Shown: positions 1 to 9,553 of the stretch, piece by piece
Position numbering within the stretch: the stretch's first letter is position 1
Layout of the letters: the number at the start of each line of letters is the position of its first letter
Origin: Octopus sinensis
Lineage: Eukaryota
Length of the DNA stretch: 29,113 nt
Direction: 5' to 3'
NCBI RefSeq assembly: GCF_006345805.1
Contig: NW_021833347.1
Coordinates: 1 to 29,113, forward strand
The notes under the pieces: generated by a model
What the model was told of the DNA's origin: nothing
What the model saw: only the letters and a program-made list of their open reading frames with translations
Databases searched by the model: none
Translations under genes and position numbers: made by a program

Positions 1-321
1 GAGGGTTTTCCTCTTTCTCAAAGGCTGTCATTACTTTCAGGACAGTAATTCTTGATACCCCAAACATTTCGGCTGTTTTCGTTACGCTAGCACCTGCCAT
101 GCGAGTACCAACAATTTGACCCCTTTTGAAAGCTTGATAGATCTGTCATTTTAATGAATTTTAATTACCTTTTTCTGATGATAATTTTAGCAAAACATAT
201 TAAGCAACACTAATAATAAATCAAAAAACATAAAAATAAACAAACTTTTGACGGTTTTATAGATATTTCAAAATTATGATGCTCTGATGCTAGGTGTTTC
301 CATTATTTTGTTCAACCCTTG
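1..321 (-). mobile_element. Tc1-like DNA transposon, 5' end (TIR plus frameshifted transposase N-terminus), cut by window edge
   Basis: The minus strand from ATG at 149 reads MTDLSSFQKG(+1 shift)QIVGTRMAGASVTKTAEMFGVSRITVLKVMTAFEKE, a Tc1 paired-like HTH N-terminus. The end CAAGGGTTGAACAAAATAATGGAAAC (321-296) abuts TA at 322-323. Confidence 0.85.
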
Positions 322-388
322 TATATATATGTGTGTGTATATATATATATATATACATTATAGATATAGCATAATATATATATATATA

Positions 389-600
389 GACGTGGCCCAA
401 AAGTAGGTTTACTGCTATCACGTGGGCATTTTAAATTGCTTTTAAAACAATTTATTACATATAAATTTCTATCTTATAAGTAACTAAACTAGCATAGAAT
501 AATGGTTTCATATTTTTCTATAATTAAGATCTAAATTGTTAATATATGAATGCGAAAGAGATAGTTGAATAACTGTAAACCTAATTTTGAGCCACCCTTT
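389..600. mobile_element. About 210-bp MITE, Tc1/mariner-type
   Basis: Left end GACGTGGCCCAAAAGTAGGTTTACTG (389-414) matches the reverse complement of the right end, AAGGGTGGCTCAAAATTAGGTTTACAG (573-599). The interior is AT-rich and non-coding, and TA repeats lie on both sides. Confidence 0.75.
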
Positions 601-1639
601 ATATATATGTATATATAAGTATATATATATATATTATATTATATTATATATACATACATTATATATATATATACTCACACACACGCACGTATATATTTAC
701 GCGCATATACGCAACACACGCACGAGCTGGATTAGGAGTTACGTATATATTATTATTTAAAATATTTCGATTATATATATACTAAAACTAAGCTATTGAG
801 ACAGGTCAAAATATATCGATGTAATATCGCGTGAGTGTGAGAGAGTACGTGAGTGTGTCTGTGTGTGTGAATGCGGTGCACGCATGCGTGCTATGATATA
901 CCACAAAGAAAACCTAGATTTAAAAGCCGACACTGCGTATTAAATTAATTACATATATATATATTAATTATATATATATATATATACACCATATATATAC
1001 ATATATATATATATATGTGTGTGTGTGTTTATGCATATGTGTCTATATGTATCAGTCAATGAGCGTATCTGTGTGTGAGCGCGGTCGTCTGCGTGTTTGT
1101 GTTCGTTGAATATCAAGAGAAATTTGACTTGGAATTTTAAGTTACGTCTTGTAAGTAGATTCGCAAGCACCATTTTTCTTCGTCAAAATTTAAGAAAATA
1201 AAACAAAATATCAATAAAATAACTAAACAAAAAAAAAAGAAAAAAAACCCAAAAATTACCCCCCCCCTGTCCTTCTTCTTCTTCTTCTTCGGCAATCTAT
1301 TATAACAAAGCTCTTTGTTTATATTATCTAGTGATTTATGCATGAATTCGTACGCTTGTCACATCGTGTGGGCGTAAGGAGAAGAAATATACGGAAAGAC
1401 AAAGAAAAATCTTGTCAAATGAAGCAAAACAAAAACCAGCAACTATAATCAAATATCGGTCACATGAGATTTGGCGAGATATATAAAATGGAGCACTTAC
1501 AGTGTGATATATGAACTACGCCGTGATACACACATAAGTGTGATATCTATACGATAATACATGTCATTTGAACTGATATTAACCAAACTATTTGTCATGC
1601 TGGTCGCTGTGTATACAGACATATACGGACACAAATACA

Positions 1640-1708
1640 TGTGGTGTGTGTGTGTGTGTAAAATACAAATGTGTGTTTGTGTGTGTGTATTATATATATA
1701 TGTATATA

Positions 1709-1766
<58 letters not shown>

Positions 1767-1909
1767 CATGCATATCTACATATACATGTGTGTGTGTAGG
1801 GTTATTGCATATACAAGTATGTAACATGTGTGTGTGTGTATGTGTGTGTGTCTGCGTATATATGCACACATGCATGCTTATGTAAGTATATGTACATTTA
1901 TACAAATAC

Positions 1910-1946
<37 letters not shown>

Positions 1947-2140
1947 AATGTGTGTTTGTGAGTATATATATATATATACTTATATATATATATATATATA
2001 CATGCATATCTACATATACATGTGTGTGTGTGGAGGGGTTATTGCATATACATGTATGTAACATGTGTGTGTGTGTATGTGTGTGTGTGTGCGTATATAT
2101 GCACACATGCATGCTTATGTAAGTATATGTACATTTATAA
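1640..2140. repeat. Tandem duplication (period about 234 bp) of a TA/TG microsatellite-rich unit
   Basis: The non-repetitive string CATGCATATCTACATATACATGTG...GGTTATTGCATATAC...GCACACATGCATGCTTATGTAAGTATATGTACATTTATA occurs at 1767 and again at 2001. Confidence 0.85.
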
Positions 2141-2144
2141 TATG

Positions 2145-2176
<32 letters not shown>

Positions 2177-2189
2177 TTATATCACCGTT

Positions 2190-2363
2190 CAATGACTAGG
2201 AAAAATAGTCTAATAATGGGGTATATAAGCCTTCGACAGAAAAAAAGTAAGTTTTCCTTTACGCGTGGGACTCGAACCCACATCCCACGCGGATAGGAAA
2301 ACCTACTTTTATTCTGTCGAGGGCTTATATGCCCCATTATTAGACTATTTTTCTTAGTCATTG
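2190..2363. repeat. Long inverted repeat (foldback): about 81-bp arms with a 12-nt spacer
   Basis: 2190-2270 is the reverse complement of 2283-2363 with 7 mismatches, counted by hand. Confidence 0.95.
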
Positions 2364-2552
2364 CTATAAGCTTTAGGCTTATATTAATACCATTATTATT
2401 ATTTACAGAATTGTAAAGCCCATGTAACAAAATCATTCGCACCGAATGCATATATATTTCTGTGTTTATTTGTGTTTGTGCGTATGTGTGTGTTTGCGTG
2501 TGTGTATATATGTGTACACACACTCTCACTCACACACACACACACACACATA

Positions 2553-2602
<50 letters not shown>

Positions 2603-2965
2603 ACACATACACACACGTTACTGGAATTACTAGAAGCAACCGTGTTTGGTTTTAAAGCTTGTAGAAGATATAACAATTTTCAATGCAAATGAAATTGTTC
2701 TTGATATTATTGTAGCTGTTTAACTCTTGGTTCGAGCATATCAATGTTGAAAGGTATTGCTAATGTCACCATTCAGTCTTTTATTTTATTTATGGACAGC
2801 TCGTCTAGGGTTTCATAAGCCATTATGCGATTTGAGTTTATGGTGCTTCCCTTTGTGTTCATAAGTTAGCGGTTCCACAAATACAAAAAAAAAAAAAATA
2901 CGTATCACTCTGATCTATAAATTCTTTTTACCCTTCAAGACGGTGCCCCATCATAGTCGTTATAC

Positions 2966-4146
2966 ATTGTGTTATTAGATAAATTCATTTTTTTTTCTTT
3001 GTTTTAATTCTTATTTTTGTTGTTTTAACAATTCAATTATTAATATACTCTCCTTCATCGTTCACGACTACTTATCAACGTCCCATTGACTTGTCAATGA
3101 CTTGAAAGTAGAAATAACTGGATCTTGATTTGAAGAATTCATGGAGCCACGTTTTTAGTTCCATGTCGTTGTTGAATGAAACGCTTCACAAGTTGCTGGA
3201 AGCAACCGAAAACGATAGTAATCTTAAGGCGCTGTATCAGAATAATACGGTGAGTCGGTTATAGTTTCGAACCGATCTCTTGAATTTTCAATTTTGCGTT
3301 TGTCTCTTTTGTTCAGAGTGTGTGGCACCCATGCATTCAGGTTTTGAACCTTACCCATCGAGTGAAGGTTATGGGTAACGGTATCATGAGAGTTTCCCCA
3401 TGTCCTGAGCACAGGGCCGGCGCTAGGGAGTGTGGGGGCCCAATGAGAGAATTGTCAGTGGGAACTTTTCTACTCTACAAAAGCTGAAGATCGATATTTT
3501 ATGTTTCGTGCAGAACACTTGTCCCAAACAAAATGCGTTCAGGGCTCGAGGCTTCAACATTAGCCACAATGATAGATTCCAAAATGCCATCATAGTGTCT
3601 ACCGTTCGAGCAGGTGCGCGAGGCCCTCTCTTGGCGCCGGACCCGATTTGAACAAATCTGCCAAATTGGCTTAAAACTAGCCCTGACTGGGCCAATACTC
3701 TGATGGCTTGGTGTGGATCTTCGTGGTTGAGTTGGTTCAATCGATCCTTATTGAACTGAAGAGGACGTCCGGAATATGGAGAGCATGTGAGATCGAATCT
3801 CCCAGTCCTCGACGCGTGGAAAGTATGTCTGTGCATTTCTTTCAGTAACAGCGCCTTCTCTGTACATAATACAGATGTCTTGAGCGACATTAGTAGCTTT
3901 GGAACCTTGGCTGAAAGCGAAAAGAAGCATTCCTCGAAAATGCTCATTATTCTTTCTACATGGCACACAATCGTCATATATCTGAAAAGAGGTAAAGAAT
4001 TTATTCAGATTTCGAAAAACGATAAACAAAAGTTGTAAAGTAGAATAGAACTATAAAGAAAAACTCATAAAACATTATGATCAAAATATTTTGCTTGAAT
4101 TCAAATGACATTGGAGAGGAACGAACGAACTTATCTGACAACCCGG
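2966..4146 (-). mobile_element. Decayed mariner transposon with internal deletion and nested insertion
   Basis: Minus-strand fragments read KNNEHFRGMLLFAFSQGSKATNVAQDICIMYREGAVTERNAQ, SPYSGRPLQFNKDRLNQLNHEDPHQAIRVLAQ, HNLHSMGKVQNLNAWVPHTL (WVPHxL motif) and SPYYSDTAP*DYYRFR (YSPDLAPxD motif). Degenerate TIRs lie at about 2966-2990 and 4119-4146. Confidence 0.9.
3412..3685. mobile_element. hAT-like MITE (274 bp) inserted in the mariner
   Basis: Ends are CAGGGCCGG and (reverse complement) CAGGGCTAG. Flanking 8-mers CCTGAGCA and ACTGGGCC match at 5/8, a degenerate TSD. It interrupts the transposase at ...VLAQ. Confidence 0.6.
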
Positions 4147-4364
4147 ACTTATATTTACACAGTACAAACTACAAACATACACACACACTCACTCACACAC
4201 AAACACGTTTATGTATATTATATAAATATATACATGCACACACTATCAACTACATAGATGTAAGTAGTTTATGCATCATATATATAGTTTATTGCGTGCG
4301 TATGTTTGTATGTGTGTCTATGTATATACATACATACATGCATACATATATACATACATACATA

Positions 4365-4402
<38 letters not shown>

Positions 4403-4411
<9 letters not shown>

Positions 4412-4440
4412 CAGTAACTGTGTACAACAACTCAGTACAA

Positions 4441-4500
<60 letters not shown>

Positions 4501-4527
4501 CAGTAACTGTGTACAACAACTCAGTAC
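4403..4527. repeat. Short local duplication embedded in (TA)n
   Basis: TATTTACAGTAACTGTGTACAACAACTCAGTACA occurs twice about 90 bp apart. Confidence 0.85.
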
Positions 4528-4907
4528 ATACTATATATATATATAATATATATAATATATATATAATATATATATATTATATGTGGTGTGTGTGTGTGTG
4601 GTGTGCGTATATAAACTATATACAGTTTTATATAGACACACACTATAAACTACATACACTTAAACACACAACACACACAACACACACGCACACACACATA
4701 TATATGTACACATACATTCACTCATTCATTCATTCATACATACATGCATACATACATGCATGCATACATACATACATACATACATACATACATACATACA
4801 TACATACATACATACACATACACACACACATACACACATATATATGAATGTATATTACAGTATCAACTATACCCATATGCGCAAGCTGTCTTATCTAATT
4901 TCTTCAG

Positions 4908-4991
4908 AATCATTGTGAAAGAAGCAGGATTATTGCTGAGGAGCGTGTAGGAATGCCGATCTCTTTTGAAGAAATCCAAAGAAACAAGACG
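4908..4991 (+). CDS. Candidate internal coding exon of an unidentified host gene (84 nt, phase 0-0)
   Basis: Acceptor TCTAATTTCTTCAG and donor ACG|GTACCT. Only one frame is open: NHCERSRIIAEERVGMPISFEEIQRNKT. The sequence is unique and non-repetitive; the protein is not recognised. Confidence 0.45.
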
Positions 4992-5201
4992 GTACCTACT
5001 CCATTTCAACAACACAAAAGAATTATTTCTAAAAAATAGCGGATTATATAGAAAAAATACAACTTTCTACTTAGTCTGGGATTCCTGGTATCTTTGTGTC
5101 TTGAAATACTGCCAGACAATGCTAAACCACTAATTGCTGTCTCTCTAACACTGACAAATTTTAAATATTTAACCATTCTGTTCTAAACACAAAGAACACG
5201 G

Positions 5202-5202
<1 letters not shown>

Positions 5203-5261
<59 letters not shown>

Positions 5262-5300
5262 ATATCTATCTATCTATCGATCTATCTATCTATCTATCTA

Positions 5301-5357
<57 letters not shown>
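5203..5357. repeat. Compound (TATC)n(TGTC)n microsatellite
   Basis: Read directly from the sequence. Confidence 0.95.
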
Positions 5358-5390
5358 ATAACGTTTGCGTGTGGTGGTGGTATCGACACA

Positions 5391-5465
5391 GGCGGCGTGT
5401 CTGATTGGTGAAGAACCTCTTTTGGTAACGATACACTTCCTAGTTCAAGTCTTGCGCGAAGTATT
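5391..5465 (+). mobile_element. Degenerate tRNA-derived SINE head
   Basis: GGCGGCGTGTCTGATTGG is A-box-like and CTAGTTCAAGTCTT is B-box-like, at tRNA-like spacing. Confidence 0.3.
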
Positions 5466-5822
5466 TGGAACAGATATTTCTAACTCTAGTTCGGATGAAC
5501 TCCAGGCGTTGTGAGTGAAACTGGGTTGACAGAAACTGTGGAATTCCGTAACGTGAATGGTATCCGTAATTGAAGTAAATGAGATGTCGCACACAGAATG
5601 AAGTTGCGGTTATCGGAGGATAATGGAATAGATACAAATTGATGTTGCATGACATGATACACTAAACTTGCTAAATACTCCCTATTAAATCATAAATCTG
5701 TTTACCTGGATTAGCCACCCTGACGTACTGATATAAACCTAGAACTATATAACTCAAATTCTAGATTACCTAATTACTTAACAGCTGAGCGAAAGGTAAT
5801 ATATACGTCACCTTTCGACGCG

Positions 5823-6425
5823 CTACAAATAGCAGCCATATCGCCATCGGATAACAGATACGATATCTGAAAAAAAAAAAAAAAGTGGAGAAATTGTCGA
5901 AGTACAAAAACCTCGAAATTGAAGTATTCAAAATGTGGGGCATGATGGTAAAAACAATGCCAATAATAATTGGAGCATTGGGCATGATCATATGAACACA
6001 AATGTAGAAGCTATATGTATGTAGAAGCTATATTTGGATCCTCAACACTACTCACTGTCCAAAAAATAACTTCGCTCAGAACAATCCACGTCCTACGCAA
6101 AACACTATCAATCCAATAATACTACTTAAACAAAACAGCCCACAAATACGACACACTCTACACAGCATTTACCCAGTGAAATAAACTCCCACCAGTAAGC
6201 TAGAAAACCAAAGCATTACACACTCAACACACAATACAAGCAGTAGCACAACAAAAGATAGCACCACACCTCAAGGAAAGTAAAGCTAACACAATAGAGT
6301 CCCGGGAAGAGTTCACACACTCCCAACAGCAGAAAAGAACACACAATGCTGCACATACTTCAGAAACACCGAAGCGCAGCAAGTGATGATGCAGCAGAAA
6401 TTTGCTTCAATACTGAACAGTTATA
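5823..6425 (+). mobile_element. R4/Dong-like non-LTR retrotransposon, degenerate 3' end (RLE C-terminus plus 3' UTR)
   Basis: VEKLSKYKNLEIEVFKMWGMMVKTMPIIIGALGMI (5885-5992) and TVQKITSLRTIHVLRKTLSIQ* (stop 6117-6119), followed by a UTR that ends in (AAT)n. Confidence 0.75.
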
Positions 6426-6429
6426 TAAC

Positions 6430-6484
<55 letters not shown>

Positions 6485-6515
6485 TAATAATAATAACAAC
6501 AACAATAATAATAAT

Positions 6516-6724
6516 GAGACAAATACATAACAAAAACACCAGGACTTACAAACACATATAACATACAGAAAATTGCACTACTAGGCACTGCACACATCCT
6601 ACGCAGAACACTTTCAATACAGTAACCATCAGAGCATCACAGCAAATCACAGCACATACCCAAGGCACACAGAGCTGCGCTCGGTAGTGAAGTGAAAGCA
6701 CGTTATAAAAATAAAACTACTGAA
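6516..6724 (+). mobile_element. R4/Dong-like LINE, 5'-truncated 3' end
   Basis: DKYITKTPGLTNTYNIQKIALLGTAHILRRTLSIQ* (6518-6625), typical of the C-terminus after the RLE domain. (AAT)n lies on both sides. Confidence 0.85.
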
Positions 6725-6777
6725 TGATAATAATAATAATAATGATAATAATAATAATAATAATGATAATAACAATA

Positions 6778-6828
<51 letters not shown>

Positions 6829-6853
6829 TAATAATAATAATGATAATAATAAC

Positions 6854-6892
<39 letters not shown>

Positions 6893-6920
6893 ACTACTAA
6901 TAATAATAATAATAATAAAT

Positions 6921-7472
6921 GCCCTGATGCAGTACCAGGCAGTGGCTCTCATGGCTTCTGATCTTAACTGATTGGAAGTGTTATCATGTACATTGTTTTG
7001 TCTTGGTATAAAAGATGGGCTACAGCAAATATTCTGCTCAATACCACAGATTTGCTTGTCAGTTGTTTGACCTTAACCAGTTGAGCATGTCCTTTAGTGG
7101 ATGACGATATGTGCATCTCTGATCACGAGCAGAAGTAGTGGGGGAGCATCATAGCCATGTGTTGAGAAGGATTCTTTGGGGTTTGAATAATTCACCTCTG
7201 GAAACATGGGTGTTTCGTTCAACATCCTTAAACACCCTTATTCAGGGACCTTTTGAGCGGGATGGTTACTCGATCTGAAGAAAATTCTAACTGGACTCCA
7301 CCTGCAAGGTCATGTGCTGTTTATCTTGATATGAGATCACCATGTCGCGCACATATGGTTGTGATGCATGTGCCTGGTGTACCCTTATCAGACGAGTAGT
7401 CATGATGGGTATACTGGGCTTCGTATATTTTACCCCAGTGTCACTTTGATGGCATGCTCTGCTCGCTCACTC
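6921..7472 (+). mobile_element. Non-coding (AAT)n-tailed retroposon 'B', longest copy (552 bp)
   Basis: Shares its 3' end (...GGCATGCTCTGCTCGCTCACTC+AATAAT) with copies at 7627-7907 and 21127-21254. It sits between TAA arrays and has no recognisable ORF. Confidence 0.75.
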
Positions 7473-7540
7473 AATAATAATAATAATAATAATAATAAAA
7501 TAATAATAATAATAATAATGATGAGGATAATGATAATAAC

Positions 7541-7610
<70 letters not shown>

Positions 7611-7626
7611 TAATAATAATAATAAT

Positions 7627-7907
7627 GGTTTAAATGATTCATCCCTGAAAACATGGGTGTTTTGTTCATCGTCCTTAAACAAGCTTCATTCAGGGACATT
7701 TTGAGCGGGATGGGCTATGCGACCTGAAGCAAATTCTAACAAGGGCAGGCACTGTTTATTTTGATATGAAGTCACCACGCCGCCTACATATGGTTGTCAT
7801 GCATGTGCATGGTGTACCCCTATCAGACGGGTAGTCACGATGGGTATATTGGGCTTCGTACATTTGTACCCCAGCATCACTCTGATGGCGTGCGCTGCTC
7901 TCTTACT
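7627..7907 (+). mobile_element. Retroposon 'B', diverged 5'-truncated copy
   Basis: Aligns by eye to about 7180-7472, and is followed by (TAC)n then (TAA)n. Confidence 0.8.
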
Positions 7908-7911
7908 AACG

Positions 7912-7982
<71 letters not shown>

Positions 7983-8005
7983 ATAATAATAATAATAATA
8001 ATAAT

Positions 8006-8155
8006 GGTACAAGGCCGGGAAGTCGATTGCATTCACCCCCGCCTCCATTATTTGACTGGTACTAAATCTTATGAGTCCCGAAAGAATGAAAAGCAAAGTA
8101 GATTTCAGAAGGATTTGACCTCAGAACAAGAAGAAACGCCGCAAAGCATTGTGTC

Positions 8156-8157
<2 letters not shown>
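8006..8157 (-). mobile_element. SINE family A, degenerate fragment
   Basis: Contains the family core, CTGGTACT...CCCGAAAGAATGAAAAGCAAAG...GATTTGACCTCAGAAC. Confidence 0.6.
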
Positions 8158-8204
<47 letters not shown>

Positions 8205-8208
8205 AACG

Positions 8209-8240
<32 letters not shown>

Positions 8241-8265
8241 AATAATGATGATAATAATAATAATG

Positions 8266-8301
<36 letters not shown>

Positions 8302-8313
8302 TAATAATAATAA

Positions 8314-8368
<55 letters not shown>

Positions 8369-8400
8369 GTAATAATTATAATAATGATGATGATAATAAT

Positions 8401-8590
8401 CCTTTCTGCTAGAGGCACAAGGCTTGAAATTTGGGGTAGTGGAGGGGATAGTCGATTGCATCGACCCCAGTACTCAACTGGTACTTAGTTTATCGACCCT
8501 GAAAGGACGAAAGGCAAAGTCGACCTCAGCGGAATTTGAACAAAATGTCGCTAAGCATTTAATCCGGCGTGTTAACGATTCTGGCAGCTT
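8401..8590 (-). mobile_element. SINE family A (tRNA-derived), tail type I; duplicated at 9587-9776
   Basis: The sense strand has an A-box-like AGCTGCCAGAATCG, a B-box GTTCAAATTCC, the core GCCTTTCGTCCTTTCAGGGTCGATAAACTAAGTACCAGT and an (ATT)n tail. Confidence 0.85.
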
Positions 8591-8618
8591 GTCGATTAAT
8601 AATAATAACGATAATAAT

Positions 8619-9192
8619 GATTTCAAATTTTGGCACAAAGCCAGCAATTTCGGAGGCGGGGATAAGTCAGTAACATCAACTCCAGTGTTCAACTGGTGCT
8701 TATTTTATTGATCCCGAAAGGATGAAAAGCAAAATCGACCTCGGTAGAATTTGAACTCAGAACGACGGGCGAAATACCTATTTTTATTTCTTTACTACCC
8801 ACAAGGGGCTAAACACAGAGAGGATAAACAAGGACAGACAAGCGGATTAAGTCGATTATATCGACCCCAGTGCGTAACTGGTACTTATTTGATCGACCCC
8901 GAAAGGACGAAAGGCAAAGCCGACCTCGGTGGAATTTGAACTCAGAACGTAGCGGCAGACGAAATACCTATTTCTTTACTACCCACAATGGGCTAGACAC
9001 AGAGGGGACAAACAAGGACAGACAAACGGATTAAGTCGATTATATCGACCCCAGTGCGTAACTGGTACTTATTCAATTGACCCCGAAAGGATGAAAGGCA
9101 AAGTCGACCTCGGCGGAATTTGAACTCAGAACATAGCGGCAGACGAAACACCGCTAAGTATTTCGTCCAGCGTGTTAACAATTCTGCCAGCT
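8619..9192 (-). mobile_element. SINE family A trimer: one full head, two type-III-tail monomers, one type-II-tail remainder; duplicated at 9805-10378
   Basis: Monomers lie at 8969-9192, 8779-8968 and 8619-8778. Both junctions read ...AAAGAAATA|GGTATTTCG on the sense strand (the 8778/8779 junction has an extra AAAATA). Confidence 0.85.
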
Positions 9193-9454
9193 TAATAATG
9201 AAATCTTGAAAGGGTTTCTATAACAGGGGTCAATTCAGTTGTATGATTCGGGGCAGCATATATAGCACCCCCCCCCCATCGTTTCTCTCCGGATTATGTG
9301 ACACATCAAATGCTGGCAGCATGAATAAAAATAGAAAGAAGAATGATTCTAAAAACAGTAACAGCGAGACACACACACGTACACAAGAACAACGACGACA
9401 CCAACAACAACAACAACAACAACAACAATAATAATGATGATAATAATAATAATG

Positions 9455-9553
<99 letters not shown>

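Noticed and set aside
2231-2243. 12-mer CTTCGACAGAAA shared between the foldback arm and the Penelope-like motif at 18030
   Set aside because: Similarity does not extend on either side, so it is probably coincidence.
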